A stretch of 64,000 bases of DNA, from IMG/VR virus record IMGVR_UViG_3300042473_001265, positions 276,173 to 340,172 of that record; one strand, given 5' to 3'. Positions within the stretch are counted from its first letter, which is position 1; each line of letters starts with the position of its first letter. The position numbers were made by a program, and so were the translations under genes. This document shows, one piece after another, positions 20,481-30,195 of the stretch. The notes under the pieces were generated by a model. The model had not been told where the DNA came from. It saw nothing but the letters and a program-made list of their open reading frames with translations, and made no database searches.

Positions 20481-20662
20481 TATCAATCCATCCTGATCTT
20501 AATCTGTTTGAAGTCATGCTGGTGCAGGAGCACTATCGAAAGCGTGGCATCAAGTGTTACACCTTGACCAAAGGCAACGATTGCATCTGGGCTTACCATG
20601 GCGCGATCAACGAGTATTTTATTTTTCGCAACGGCCAAATTGCCGACATTCAAATTGACTAA
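20477..20662 (+). CDS. Hypothetical protein
   Basis: ATGA overlap. Confidence 0.65.
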   Translation: MISIHPDLNLFEVMLVQEHYRKRGIKCYTLTKGNDCIWAYHGAINEYFIFRNGQIADIQID

Positions 20663-20672
20663 GGAGTATGTT

Positions 20673-20948
20673 ATGAATATCCAAGAAATCAACACTGCCA
20701 TCATTCAAGGCCCATTTACCAACGATCAGCTGACCAGCATTGTAGACGCAGTGCGATTTGCTCGTAGTCAACTCACTCGCCGCAACACTGGATCCTTTGT
20801 GATTGGTACTCGCGTCAAGTTTCACAATCGTAAAACTGGTGTGACCTATACCGGAACAGTCAACAAGGTCAAGCTGAAGAATATTCTGGTCGACACCGAT
20901 GTTGGTGTTCGATACAATGTTCCGGCTGCCATGTTGGAAACAGTATAA
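20673..20948 (+). CDS. Hypothetical protein with SH3-like C-terminus
   Basis: Start moved to ATG 20673 after SD AAGGAG; IGTRVKF...GTVNKV. Confidence 0.7.
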   Translation: MNIQEINTAIIQGPFTNDQLTSIVDAVRFARSQLTRRNTGSFVIGTRVKFHNRKTGVTYTGTVNKVKLKNILVDTDVGVRYNVPAAMLETV

Positions 20949-20964
20949 TTGACTGTGCTTGCAA

Positions 20965-21129
20965 ATGAAACAATCAACTTTTCGTCTGTGGTTAACACAG
21001 ATGTGGATGGAAAATCGCGAAGAACATCAGGCCCATCGAGAGCCTGTTGTCAGCCAACAAGAGTATTTTAACCGATACAAATATTGGCTTAAACGAGAGT
21101 ATAAACATCAGCAACGCAACAGTAAATAA
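20965..21129 (+). CDS. Small hypothetical protein (54 aa, MKQSTFRLWL...)
   Basis: Not in ORF track; fills the gap and ends 1 nt before the ligase ATG. Confidence 0.6.
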   Translation: MKQSTFRLWLTQMWMENREEHQAHREPVVSQQEYFNRYKYWLKREYKHQQRNSK

Positions 21130-21130
21130 C

Positions 21131-22507
21131 ATGAACAAAATAGATTTTAGCACAAAAGAATTTGAAGGGATCAAGTTGGCAGCAGACTGGATTCGAGATC
21201 TTGAAAGCAGCGACAGTAGATTACACAAAGAATCTGTGATCGAAAAAGCCTATGTGGCCTCACAACTTGGCAGCGCCAGTGCTCAATGCTTTTTGTTCAA
21301 CTGCTATCAGGCCTACAACCCTTTCTATGTGTTCGGCGTCAAACAAATACCCGAGACTACTGGACTTGAGAACCAACCCAACAACTGGCCTGTGTTCTGG
21401 GCCTTGTGTGAAGCACTGCGCACTCGTAGCTTGACCGGACACGAAGCTCGTGATCGTATTGCGGCCGTGAGCCAAGAGTTTGACAGTGCCGAATGGAACA
21501 TGTTGTGTCGTCGAGTGCTGATCAAAGACCTGCGATGCGGCATCAGTGAAAAGACCATCAACAAAGTTGTGGGCCGAACAGAATGGAAGATCCCTACCTT
21601 TACTTGTCAGCTGGCACAGGACTCCACCGACCACCCCAAGAAGATGAAGGGCATCAAACGCCTGGAAGTCAAATTGGACGGTGTGCGTGTGATTGCAGTG
21701 GTGTCGGGCAATAGCTGTGTGTTGTACAGCCGCAATGGCAAGGAGTTTGAAAACTTTCCGCAGATTGCTGAGGCTATCTTGGACAACCGTCGGGCATTCC
21801 AACACGGTCGAGGCACAGGTGGACACTTTGTGTTGGATGGTGAAATTGTAGGTGAGAATTTCCAAGCCTTGATGAAACAGGCACAACGCAAAAGCAATGC
21901 CAAAACAACTGGTATGGTTTATCACATTTTTGATATCATTCCATTGGATGCACTCAAAGAAGGCCATTGCAACTTGCAACAGCACAAACGTATAGCATGG
22001 CTAGAAAGTGCAAAAACGGTGTTGGACGAAACCGATTGTTTGCGTATCATGCCGGGTATGGATGTGAACCTGGACACTGCGGAAGGACATGATGTTATGC
22101 GCAGGTTTGCTGAAGCGTCAGTTGAGCAAGGATATGAAGGCATCATGATTAAAAATCTCGATGCTCCGTACGAATGCAAACGCAGTGATCACTGGATGAA
22201 ATGGAAACCCACCATCACAGTGGATTTGACCATTGTGGGTTTTGAAGAAGGAACTGGTCGCAATGCAGGCCGGTTGGGTGCTATAATTTACGAAGGAGTT
22301 GATAATGAACGAAATATTCGGGTTAATGTTGGTACTGGCTATAGTGATAATGATCGTGATGAGTTTTGGGCTGCCCGGGATCAGTTACTTGGTGTCATTG
22401 GCGAAATCCAAGCTGATGCAGTTACTCAAAATCAAGACGGATCATACAGTTTGAGATTCCCTAGGCATGTTCGGTTCCGTGGATTTGAAGCCGGGGAGAA
22501 ACTGTAA
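21131..22507 (+). CDS. ATP-dependent DNA ligase
   Basis: Motif I EVKLDGVR, LDGEI, EGIMIK, WMKWK, OB-fold SLRFPR; start moved to ATG 21131. Confidence 0.95.
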   Translation: MNKIDFSTKEFEGIKLAADWIRDLESSDSRLHKESVIEKAYVASQLGSASAQCFLFNCYQAYNPFYVFGVKQIPETTGLENQPNNWPVFWALCEALRTRSLTGHEARDRIAAVSQEFDSAEWNMLCRRVLIKDLRCGISEKTINKVVGRTEWKIPTFTCQLAQDSTDHPKKMKGIKRLEVKLDGVRVIAVVSGNSCVLYSRNGKEFENFPQIAEAILDNRRAFQHGRGTGGHFVLDGEIVGENFQALMKQAQRKSNAKTTGMVYHIFDIIPLDALKEGHCNLQQHKRIAWLESAKTVLDETDCLRIMPGMDVNLDTAEGHDVMRRFAEASVEQGYEGIMIKNLDAPYECKRSDHWMKWKPTITVDLTIVGFEEGTGRNAGRLGAIIYEGVDNERNIRVNVGTGYSDNDRDEFWAARDQLLGVIGEIQADAVTQNQDGSYSLRFPRHVRFRGFEAGEKL

Positions 22508-22626
22508 TGCATTGGCTACTGGTATTGATCTTGGCATTTGTTAACCTGCCGCTGGCCCTGGGGTTGGCAGCAATTTTTATATTTTTTGGCAAACAAACAA
22601 AAAATTAATCTAACAAGGAATTGAAA

Positions 22627-22800
22627 ATGGAAAAATTTATGGAATGGTTTGGTCGGCACCGTAAGACGATTGGATACACTGTCGGTGGTGTTAACTTAGG
22701 AGCTGGCATTGCCGCAATTGCCGGTGGCAGTGTTTGGCCTGGGATATTATGGTTAGTCTTGGGCGCTGCAATAATTTTAGATGCTAGGATGTTCAAATGA
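22627..22800 (+). CDS. Small two-helix membrane protein (57 aa)
   Basis: SD AAGGA; hydrophobic; ATGA overlap with next gene. Confidence 0.6.
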   Translation: MEKFMEWFGRHRKTIGYTVGGVNLGAGIAAIAGGSVWPGILWLVLGAAIILDARMFK

Positions 22801-23348
22801 TTTCAATGAAAGAATGGATGGAATTGGTCGACTATAAGATCACCGAAGGCAGTGCATACGGCTGGTCATGCTACGGTCCCGATGCTTATACACTAGATTC
22901 GTGGAACGGTGTTCAAGGCGAAGGCGGATACAGTTTCAGCATTGTGTTCAGTACTGAATCTGCACAAACAGCGCATCAAGTGTCGGCATACGACTACACC
23001 AACAATCGTGCTTACCGAATGATCAATCCAGACTATGCAGAGCAGTATCATAACGAAGCCAAGTCTAGAAATGTGCCGGCTAATCAAGCCTGGGACAATG
23101 TTGACTATGTGGATTTGGAAGTGGCAGACGACTTTATTCAAAAGTGCCTGGCCATTCGCGCCGGTGAGGATTATGACACACGAGTACAGATTACAGTTGA
23201 CTTTTCAGATGAAGATCTGTTGAAGTACATGAAACTGGCACACGAGCGTGATATCACATTCAACGAATTGGTGGTGCAGGCCTTGACCGAGGCCATTCAA
23301 CTCCGCGACGCGAACCCAGAAAGATTTGGTCAGTTGTACAACGATTAA
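22797..23348 (+). CDS. Hypothetical protein
   Basis: 183 aa ORF in a coupled run. Confidence 0.75.
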   Translation: MISMKEWMELVDYKITEGSAYGWSCYGPDAYTLDSWNGVQGEGGYSFSIVFSTESAQTAHQVSAYDYTNNRAYRMINPDYAEQYHNEAKSRNVPANQAWDNVDYVDLEVADDFIQKCLAIRAGEDYDTRVQITVDFSDEDLLKYMKLAHERDITFNELVVQALTEAIQLRDANPERFGQLYND

Positions 23349-23364
23349 GCACTTGGAATAACAT

Positions 23365-23559
23365 ATGAACAAGAAACTTGAAATTGATTTTGAAACAGCA
23401 GACCGCATCACAGTGCTCACACTGAAAGAACAGCGCAAGTATCTCAAAAAAGAACTGGCCGACTTCAAAAAAGGCGAATACCTGCATCCTGAAGATGTAA
23501 GCGGAAACACAATCATGATCCATCACTTGGATGCTGTGATCAAACATTTTGGTGGCTAA
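23365..23559 (+). CDS. Hypothetical protein
   Basis: 64 aa ORF abutting next gene. Confidence 0.65.
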   Translation: MNKKLEIDFETADRITVLTLKEQRKYLKKELADFKKGEYLHPEDVSGNTIMIHHLDAVIKHFGG

Positions 23560-24000
23560 ATGAAAATTGGACTCAGTTACAGCCGATGTGTTCGAGACAT
23601 TGCGGAAGGTCGTGTGGACATTGACGATGTGCTGGTTATCATTGCTCGTACAGATTTTGATCCCAATGACGACGAGCAATGGGCAAACATGTGGTCGGCC
23701 TACGGCGGCGGCTCGCCTAGATTTGATTCTATTACGGGCTTTAGTCGTAGTGCTCCAGAGTGGGCTGGTCAAACTGACGAAGATCTTTTCCGTAGTGTGA
23801 GCGTAGGCTTATGGAAGTTGGGCAAGCTGCACCAGCCACGCAAATTTGGCGCAAATCCGAGTCGGCGTGGTGAATTTTGGTTGGAAGCAGTGCTGCCTGA
23901 TTCTGAACTGGAATCACGCCCCGCAGTAAAAGACGCATGGGATCGGTTTCAGATGCTGGCCGGATTAACCAACACAAAGTTGGATCGAGATTATCAATGA
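23560..24000 (+). CDS. Hypothetical protein
   Basis: 146 aa ORF. Confidence 0.7.
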   Translation: MKIGLSYSRCVRDIAEGRVDIDDVLVIIARTDFDPNDDEQWANMWSAYGGGSPRFDSITGFSRSAPEWAGQTDEDLFRSVSVGLWKLGKLHQPRKFGANPSRRGEFWLEAVLPDSELESRPAVKDAWDRFQMLAGLTNTKLDRDYQ

Positions 24001-24461
24001 AAAAGGTGTATTATGAAAAAATTGGACGGCGGTATCGGCCTGTGGCTGAGTATGATAGCAATCTTTTGGATAGTTTCCATCGAGGTAGTCACCTTGTCTG
24101 CGTATACCCCGGGGGACAATCCCGTAGGTTTAATGTGGAACCTAACCATGCGGCCATGATTGCCGCTGGACGGCTGGCTGAAGATGCCATCTGTCAGGCC
24201 CTACACAAGGCCAGTGAAATGCGGCCACAAAAAACTCCCATCACTCCGGGTCAACTCAAGGCCTGGCAAAAATTAGCCAAGGAGTTTGGTGATGAATTGT
24301 GTACATTACAGCATGCCAGTGCCAGAGATTTGGCCGAAGCAGGTGTCAAGGCCATGCAGGCCGAAGCTGACAAACTGATGAGTCATCCCGCAGTGGTTGA
24401 CGCATGGGAGAAATTTATGTTAACATGTGAACTTACTAAGGAGAGAAAAAATGGCAACTAA
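23997..24461 (+). CDS. Hypothetical protein
   Basis: Start moved to ATG 23997 (ATGA overlap). Confidence 0.7.
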   Translation: MKKVYYEKIGRRYRPVAEYDSNLLDSFHRGSHLVCVYPGGQSRRFNVEPNHAAMIAAGRLAEDAICQALHKASEMRPQKTPITPGQLKAWQKLAKEFGDELCTLQHASARDLAEAGVKAMQAEADKLMSHPAVVDAWEKFMLTCELTKERKNGN

Positions 24462-24663
24462 AGCAACAGTATCAAAAATCAGCGACAAGCTGACCAAGAT
24501 AAATGAATCATACACTGTGTATCGTTACGACAACGGCTTCATGATAGAAGCAGGCGGTCGCAACAAAAAAGGCGACTATGTTACTGCCAAGATCCTGTGC
24601 AACACACTAGATGAGGTACTGATTCTTGTGAAAGAAGCCGGCGAAATGGACCTAGACGTTTAA
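24451..24663 (+). CDS. Hypothetical protein
   Basis: Start moved to ATG 24451 after SD AAGGAG. Confidence 0.7.
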   Translation: MATKATVSKISDKLTKINESYTVYRYDNGFMIEAGGRNKKGDYVTAKILCNTLDEVLILVKEAGEMDLDV

Positions 24664-24673
24664 GGACAACAAC

Positions 24674-25351
24674 ATGGCCACCTGGAAACTATCACCACAG
24701 TACAAAAAATCAGCAGTAGAGACAATGTTTTTCTACAATGGCAGCAAAACTATTGTTGTTGAACAAGGCTGGCGCTGGGGCACGTTCACAGTAGAATCAG
24801 ATGAGCGTCCGCTTACAGATTCAGAACTTGCAAATGAAGACGGCTATGAACTTGGTTGCATTGACAACGACGAGTCATGGGAACTTTATGAAATGACCGA
24901 CGGTTGCTGGCTAGATATTGACGCAGGCCGCGACGCCACTGAAGAGGATGTGGCAGCGTTTGAACAAGCCTGGGAAGATGATGGCTACGATGGCGTGGAA
25001 GCTCTGGGCTGGAGCAATGACGATACTGAGTATTGGTACCATGGTCCGTTGGAATTAACCAACGAAGACACTGGTGAAGTATTCCTAGGTAACGCTGCGG
25101 GTACTCAAGCTCAAACTGAACAACAGTTGCTGGCAGAGTTGGACCAGCTGATTGCCGCCATGCCAGATCCAGATGAACCTGCTGTTACCGACTGGTTTAC
25201 AGCAGATGTCAAGCCTGTACATAAAGGCAATTATCAAGCAATTACTGAGGCAGCACCTATGTGGCCGTTTCCTACCATGGTAGAGTGGAATGGCAAGCAG
25301 TGGGGCGAGCCTGTCAAAGAATGGCGCGGACTGGCAAATAAACCTGAGTAA
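24674..25351 (+). CDS. Acidic hypothetical protein
   Basis: 225 aa, SD AAGGA. Confidence 0.75.
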   Translation: MATWKLSPQYKKSAVETMFFYNGSKTIVVEQGWRWGTFTVESDERPLTDSELANEDGYELGCIDNDESWELYEMTDGCWLDIDAGRDATEEDVAAFEQAWEDDGYDGVEALGWSNDDTEYWYHGPLELTNEDTGEVFLGNAAGTQAQTEQQLLAELDQLIAAMPDPDEPAVTDWFTADVKPVHKGNYQAITEAAPMWPFPTMVEWNGKQWGEPVKEWRGLANKPE

Positions 25352-25354
25352 AAC

Positions 25355-25383
25355 TTGACAACACTGGTTGCTACTGTTATAAT
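25355..25383 (+). promoter_or_regulatory. Sigma70-type promoter
   Basis: TTGACA-17 nt-TATAAT. Confidence 0.85.
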
Positions 25384-25418
25384 CGCTATGCATAACATAC
25401 AAATGTCAAGGGTTTATT

Positions 25419-25877
25419 GTGATAAAAAATGTAAGGACAGACTATTATTTGAATTTCATTAAAGACGACCCTGTTCGTCCTCATCTGCCGACCTTTTGGC
25501 GTGTAGAACCCAATCGCGAAGTCTATGTGTTGGAAGATGATGAAACCAACGAAGTTACTGCAATGATATGTGTGGCATTCTGCAACGAAATACCCATTGA
25601 CGAAGGTGAATTAGAAAAATATTCCACGCCAACAGACGAACACAGCGCCCGAGGCACCAATGCAATATTCTATACTGTGTGGAGTTACCGGCCTGGTTCA
25701 GGTAGAACAATTGTGTTGGGTGTGGCTGAATTGATCAGAAACACAATGCCCGATGTCAAAAGATTTGTCACACTGAGTCCAATGACCGACATGGCACGCC
25801 GATTTCATCTCAGCAACGGCGCTGGTGTACTACAGGTCAATTCAACATCGGTAAATTACGAATACAAATTTGACTAA
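25419..25877 (+). CDS. GNAT-like protein resembling the malonyl-CoA decarboxylase catalytic domain
   Basis: AIFYTVWSY..GSG and KRFVTLSPM resemble MCD motifs. Confidence 0.5.
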   Translation: MIKNVRTDYYLNFIKDDPVRPHLPTFWRVEPNREVYVLEDDETNEVTAMICVAFCNEIPIDEGELEKYSTPTDEHSARGTNAIFYTVWSYRPGSGRTIVLGVAELIRNTMPDVKRFVTLSPMTDMARRFHLSNGAGVLQVNSTSVNYEYKFD

Positions 25878-26275
25878 TGAGCGACGATCAATCCCACGAT
25901 GATCTGATTCGACATCTCAAAGGCATACGAGAAATAGTCATTAACAGATGTCATGGTGGGTTTGGGCTGAGTCATGATGCTGACCTGTTGTATCTTAAAC
26001 TGGCCATGATTGACTATACCCAACAGGATCGAACAAGTCGCGATGAAACCACAAGACTGGGACCGCAACTGATGGTCGACGGAGATGAGTGGTTGTCAAC
26101 TGACTTGAAAAGAGACGATCCTGTGCTGGTATCTGTGGTAAAAAGATTGGGGAAAAAAGCCAATGGTCCGTATGCCGACTTAAAAATTGTAAAAATCCCT
26201 GCCAGTGTTGAATGGGAAATTATGAATCGCGGTGGTAAAGAGTGGGTGGCTGAAGCTCATCAGCGCTGGTACTAA
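25877..26275 (+). CDS. Hypothetical phage protein (INRCHGGFGLS motif)
   Basis: 132 aa ORF, TAATG overlap. Confidence 0.7.
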   Translation: MSDDQSHDDLIRHLKGIREIVINRCHGGFGLSHDADLLYLKLAMIDYTQQDRTSRDETTRLGPQLMVDGDEWLSTDLKRDDPVLVSVVKRLGKKANGPYADLKIVKIPASVEWEIMNRGGKEWVAEAHQRWY

Positions 26276-26279
26276 ACCC

Positions 26280-26287
26280 TATAAATA
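26280..26287 (+). promoter_or_regulatory. T4-like late promoter TATAAATA
   Basis: Perfect consensus 6 nt upstream of ATG 26294. Confidence 0.8.
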
Positions 26288-26293
26288 CACATT

Positions 26294-28042
26294 ATGATAT
26301 TCGGATACTTTACATTATTTGTTGCACTGGTCATCAGTGCAGTGGCAGAGTTCTATAGCATTATAGGCCTGACTTCTATTTTTTCCGCAGCTTTTTGGCC
26401 GGTGGTTATTATGGGTGTTGCACTTGGAGTAGGCAAAATCACAGCCGCAATTTGGTTGAAATTAAATTGGCACCGTGCCAGTATAACTTATAAACTGTAT
26501 CTGGTTCCAGCACTGGTATTCCTCATGTTGTTGACCAGCATGGGCATTTTTGGCTTTTTGAGCAAGGCACACAGCGATCAAAGTCTGGTGTCGGGCGATG
26601 TTACCAGTAAGATTGCAATATATGATGAAAAAATCAAAACCGAAAAAGAGAATATTGAAGCAAACCGTAAGGCACTTAAACAGATGGATGAAGGAGTGGA
26701 CCAAGTACTGGGCCGCTCAACATCAGAAACGGGTGCCGACAAAGCTGTGGCTCTGCGTCGAGCCCAGCAGAAAGAACGTGCTCGCCTTCAAGCTGAAATA
26801 TCGCAGTCGCAAAAGTCTATTGCGGAACTTAACGATGCCCGTGCGCCTATTGCCGCTGAGGTCCGTAAAGTTGAAGCCGAGGTTGGACCAATAAAATACA
26901 TTGCGGCATTTATCTATGGTGATAATCCCGACGCCAATTTGTTGGAAAAAGCAGTGACATGGGTGATTATTATTATTGTTGCAGTGTTTGATCCTCTGGC
27001 GCTGATGTTAATTCTTGCTGCTCAACAAAGTATAAAATGGAATCGTGAAGAAACGGATGAAGACGCCCACAAAAGGATTGAGCAAGAGTTAACAGAAACA
27101 ATGCAGGATCTCGGCAGAGTGGCCGAGCCCAAGTATGAAGCCGACGACGGCGCGTTGACCGGCCATCAGGTTGAACAGATTAAAAAAACACTAGCACAGC
27201 AACACCCTTATCTGGACCAGCCGTTTGTGCATTTTAAAAATCTTACACCAATGGTGTATAAACCGGGTGAAACAACTACACTGCCAAAACATCCAAGCAT
27301 CAATGACTTTGTACCGCAGACCACAGAGTACATCATTGAAGAAGATACTATCCCTTGTCACAAGTGCGGCACTGATTTAGTAAATGCACCGGGCATCGGG
27401 CTATTTTGCCCCAACAAGGCGTGTGATGTACTAGACGGCCCATTGTGGGATGATCAACTAGAACTTGATTTTACCCAGCCATTGCCCTCAGAGTACCGTT
27501 CTTACAAATTGTTTGTGCAACCGGAAACAGTGGTTGAGCCAGAAGTGCAGCCACCAACAACAATTATCAGCAGCGACGACCCAATGGATGACGATGTCGA
27601 ACTTAGTTCGATGGATTCTGTTGAAAAGGACGCGGCCAGACGATGGAAAGCAGCTCACCCCGGCCACACTTTGAAATTTCAACGACGACTAGTTGACATG
27701 GGAAAACTGGCACAACTTCCTTGGTTGGCAGCAGAATACAATTCTAGCTTGGTTCCAGATATTGATTTGGGCAATGAAACACAATCAGGATTTGGCATTG
27801 CGTTTCCTACTGCTCCCAACAAAGGCGACAGCTATCTGCGTGTAGACCGACTGCCAAGTGTGCTGTACAAGTTCAATGGCCTTGGCTGGATAGAAGTAGA
27901 CAAAGCTCTCAGTGACCGTTACGCACACGACGAAGCATACATTGATTATCTCATCTCCAAGATAGACACTGGTGAGTATGATCCAGACCTGCTGAGTGAT
28001 GCCGAGAGAGAACAGATTGAACAAAGATTAACTGGAAACTAG
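26294..28042 (+). CDS. Multi-pass membrane protein with coiled coil and Cys4 zinc-ribbon-like insert
   Basis: Three N-terminal TM helices, coiled coil, further TM, CHKC...CPNKAC. Confidence 0.75.
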   Translation: MIFGYFTLFVALVISAVAEFYSIIGLTSIFSAAFWPVVIMGVALGVGKITAAIWLKLNWHRASITYKLYLVPALVFLMLLTSMGIFGFLSKAHSDQSLVSGDVTSKIAIYDEKIKTEKENIEANRKALKQMDEGVDQVLGRSTSETGADKAVALRRAQQKERARLQAEISQSQKSIAELNDARAPIAAEVRKVEAEVGPIKYIAAFIYGDNPDANLLEKAVTWVIIIIVAVFDPLALMLILAAQQSIKWNREETDEDAHKRIEQELTETMQDLGRVAEPKYEADDGALTGHQVEQIKKTLAQQHPYLDQPFVHFKNLTPMVYKPGETTTLPKHPSINDFVPQTTEYIIEEDTIPCHKCGTDLVNAPGIGLFCPNKACDVLDGPLWDDQLELDFTQPLPSEYRSYKLFVQPETVVEPEVQPPTTIISSDDPMDDDVELSSMDSVEKDAARRWKAAHPGHTLKFQRRLVDMGKLAQLPWLAAEYNSSLVPDIDLGNETQSGFGIAFPTAPNKGDSYLRVDRLPSVLYKFNGLGWIEVDKALSDRYAHDEAYIDYLISKIDTGEYDPDLLSDAEREQIEQRLTGN

Positions 28043-28043
28043 A

Positions 28044-29252
28044 ATGACCATCAGATCAACACCCACGCATTGCAGTTTTTGTGACAAGCACAAGGATCAA
28101 GTCGTCAAACTGATTGTGGGGCACAATGTAGGCATATGCAACGAGTGTGTTGATTTTTGTCACGGGCTACTGATAAAAGAACAGGCCAAAACAAAAAACG
28201 TCACAGAAGAATCAATTTTAGATCCACGAGCAATACACAAATATCTTGATCAGTATGTGATTGGTCAACCAACTGCTAAAATTGTGTTGAGTGTGGCTGT
28301 GGCCAATCATTACAAGCGCATCAGTGATACAGGTCTAGAACAAGAAATACAAAAAGCCAATATCTTAATAACAGGACCAACCGGCACAGGCAAAACACTG
28401 ATGGCCCGTACTGTGGCCAAATATTTAGATGTTCCTTTTGTCATTGCAGATGCAACCACATTGACCGAAGCAGGTTATGTGGGTGATGATGTTGACAGTT
28501 TGATCACACGGTTATATCATGCCAGTGGAAATGATGTGGAACGCACACAGCGCGGTATTATATTCCTAGACGAAGTAGACAAAATAGCCCGCAAAAGCGA
28601 AAGCGCCACGGTAACACGGGACATATCCGGCGAGGGTGTGCAGCAAGCACTGCTCAAACTGATCGAAGGTACCAAGTGCAAAGTGGCCCAGCAAAATAGT
28701 CGCAAGGTCTCAACAGGTGAAACAGTTGACATCGACACTACCAACATCCTGTTTATCTGTGGTGGAGCTTTTGTTGGGCTAGACAAAGTTATCAAAACCC
28801 GCACACACGGAACTGCCATTGGATTTGGTGCAAAGTTAACAGTGCCAAACAACGCCACAACAGAAGCAATCACTCCAGACGATCTAGTACGCTACGGAAT
28901 GATACCGGAGTTTGTGGGAAGATTTCCCAGCATTATACAACTGGACGAGCTGACCAAACCACAACTTATTACCATTCTTACCGAAGTAAAAAACAACCTG
29001 GTTGGTCAGTACAGATGGTTGTTTAACCAAGATGGGGTAGCATTGGACTTTGATACCGACAGTTTAGATCTAATTGCTGAACGCACAATGGTCACAAAAA
29101 CTGGTGCTCGTGGACTGCATACAGAACTAGAGCGTGTGTTGTTGCCGCATATGTACAACTTGAAAGATTATCAGTCACGCAATGTGCTAAAAATTGCCAT
29201 TGACAAAACACAAGTCACAACGCCTCTTAAATTAGAACAACAAAATTCTTAA
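28044..29252 (+). CDS. clpX: ATP-dependent Clp protease ATP-binding subunit ClpX
   Basis: Zn finger CSFC...CNEC, Walker A GPTGTGKT, Walker B IFLDEVDK, IGF loop, GARGL. Confidence 0.95.
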   Translation: MTIRSTPTHCSFCDKHKDQVVKLIVGHNVGICNECVDFCHGLLIKEQAKTKNVTEESILDPRAIHKYLDQYVIGQPTAKIVLSVAVANHYKRISDTGLEQEIQKANILITGPTGTGKTLMARTVAKYLDVPFVIADATTLTEAGYVGDDVDSLITRLYHASGNDVERTQRGIIFLDEVDKIARKSESATVTRDISGEGVQQALLKLIEGTKCKVAQQNSRKVSTGETVDIDTTNILFICGGAFVGLDKVIKTRTHGTAIGFGAKLTVPNNATTEAITPDDLVRYGMIPEFVGRFPSIIQLDELTKPQLITILTEVKNNLVGQYRWLFNQDGVALDFDTDSLDLIAERTMVTKTGARGLHTELERVLLPHMYNLKDYQSRNVLKIAIDKTQVTTPLKLEQQNS

Positions 29253-29257
29253 ATTTA

Positions 29258-29288
29258 TTGACAGATGTTGAGATATCTGTTATAAATA
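29258..29288 (+). promoter_or_regulatory. Overlapping sigma70 and late promoters upstream of hsp20
   Basis: TTGACA-17 nt-TATAAA; the same site reads TATAAATA. Confidence 0.75.
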
Positions 29289-29353
29289 ATCGTGTAGTGC
29301 CCATGGTGGGGCTACATTTTAAAAGTCATCTTGCTTAATAAAGGAGAAAACAA

Positions 29354-29812
29354 ATGACAAAAACTCTCACCCTTCGCTCTTTCGACATTCCTGCAATTCA
29401 CAAATTTGGCATCGGATTCGACAACATGTTTGATGATCTCATGCGTGTGAGTGCTCAACAATCTACCACAAATTATCCACCTTATGATATTGTACAAATC
29501 AACGAAGATGAGTACATGATTGCTGTGGCTGTGGCCGGATTTGGCGACGACAATCTTTCAGTGATCAAGGACAAAAAAGTTTTGGTCATTGAAGGTAAGC
29601 ACAGCCGTGAAACTGTGGACAATGAAGATTCTACTGCAAAATATCTGCACAAAGGCATCAGTGAAAGACATTTCCGCAGGGAATTTCAGTTGGCTGATCA
29701 TGTGGAAATTGTCAATGCAAATCTTGAACTGGGCATCTTGAGCATACACCTAAAGCGTGATATTCCTGAAGAAGCCAAGCCAAAGACCATTGCAATCAAC
29801 TACAAAAAGTAA
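29354..29812 (+). CDS. Small heat-shock protein Hsp20 (IbpA-like)
   Basis: NYPPYDIV, AVAGF, YLHKGISERHFRREFQL, LGILSIHL. Confidence 0.93.
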   Translation: MTKTLTLRSFDIPAIHKFGIGFDNMFDDLMRVSAQQSTTNYPPYDIVQINEDEYMIAVAVAGFGDDNLSVIKDKKVLVIEGKHSRETVDNEDSTAKYLHKGISERHFRREFQLADHVEIVNANLELGILSIHLKRDIPEEAKPKTIAINYKK

Positions 29813-29873
29813 TATAATAATCATAAGTACAGTGGCAGCACAGTGCTGCCACTACTACAACAAAGGACACACT

Positions 29874-30188
29874 ATGACATCACCAGATATCAATACATTA
29901 ATCAAATCAAAAGTAGAACTGCGTGAACCACCAATGTTTAAGATCATCTACTTGAACGACACCAAGACATCTGTAGATTTTGTAGTTGAAAGTTTAATCA
30001 CACACTTTGAATACACAGCAGACACTGCTGTCGCCATCACTGAAGATATCCATAATTCTGGATCCGCAGTGGTAGCAGTATTGCCCTACGAAATTGCTGA
30101 ACAAAAAGGCATCGAAGTCACTGTGGATGCTCGCAATCATAATTTTCCATTGCAGATCAAGCTGGAACCTGAAACAGTTGTGCATTGA
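29874..30188 (+). CDS. clpS: ClpS adaptor-like protein
   Basis: PPMFKIIYLND...FVVESL, IHNSGSAVV, EIAEQK, FPLQIKLE; start moved to ATG 29874. Confidence 0.85.
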   Translation: MTSPDINTLIKSKVELREPPMFKIIYLNDTKTSVDFVVESLITHFEYTADTAVAITEDIHNSGSAVVAVLPYEIAEQKGIEVTVDARNHNFPLQIKLEPETVVH

Positions 30189-30195
30189 ATAAAAT

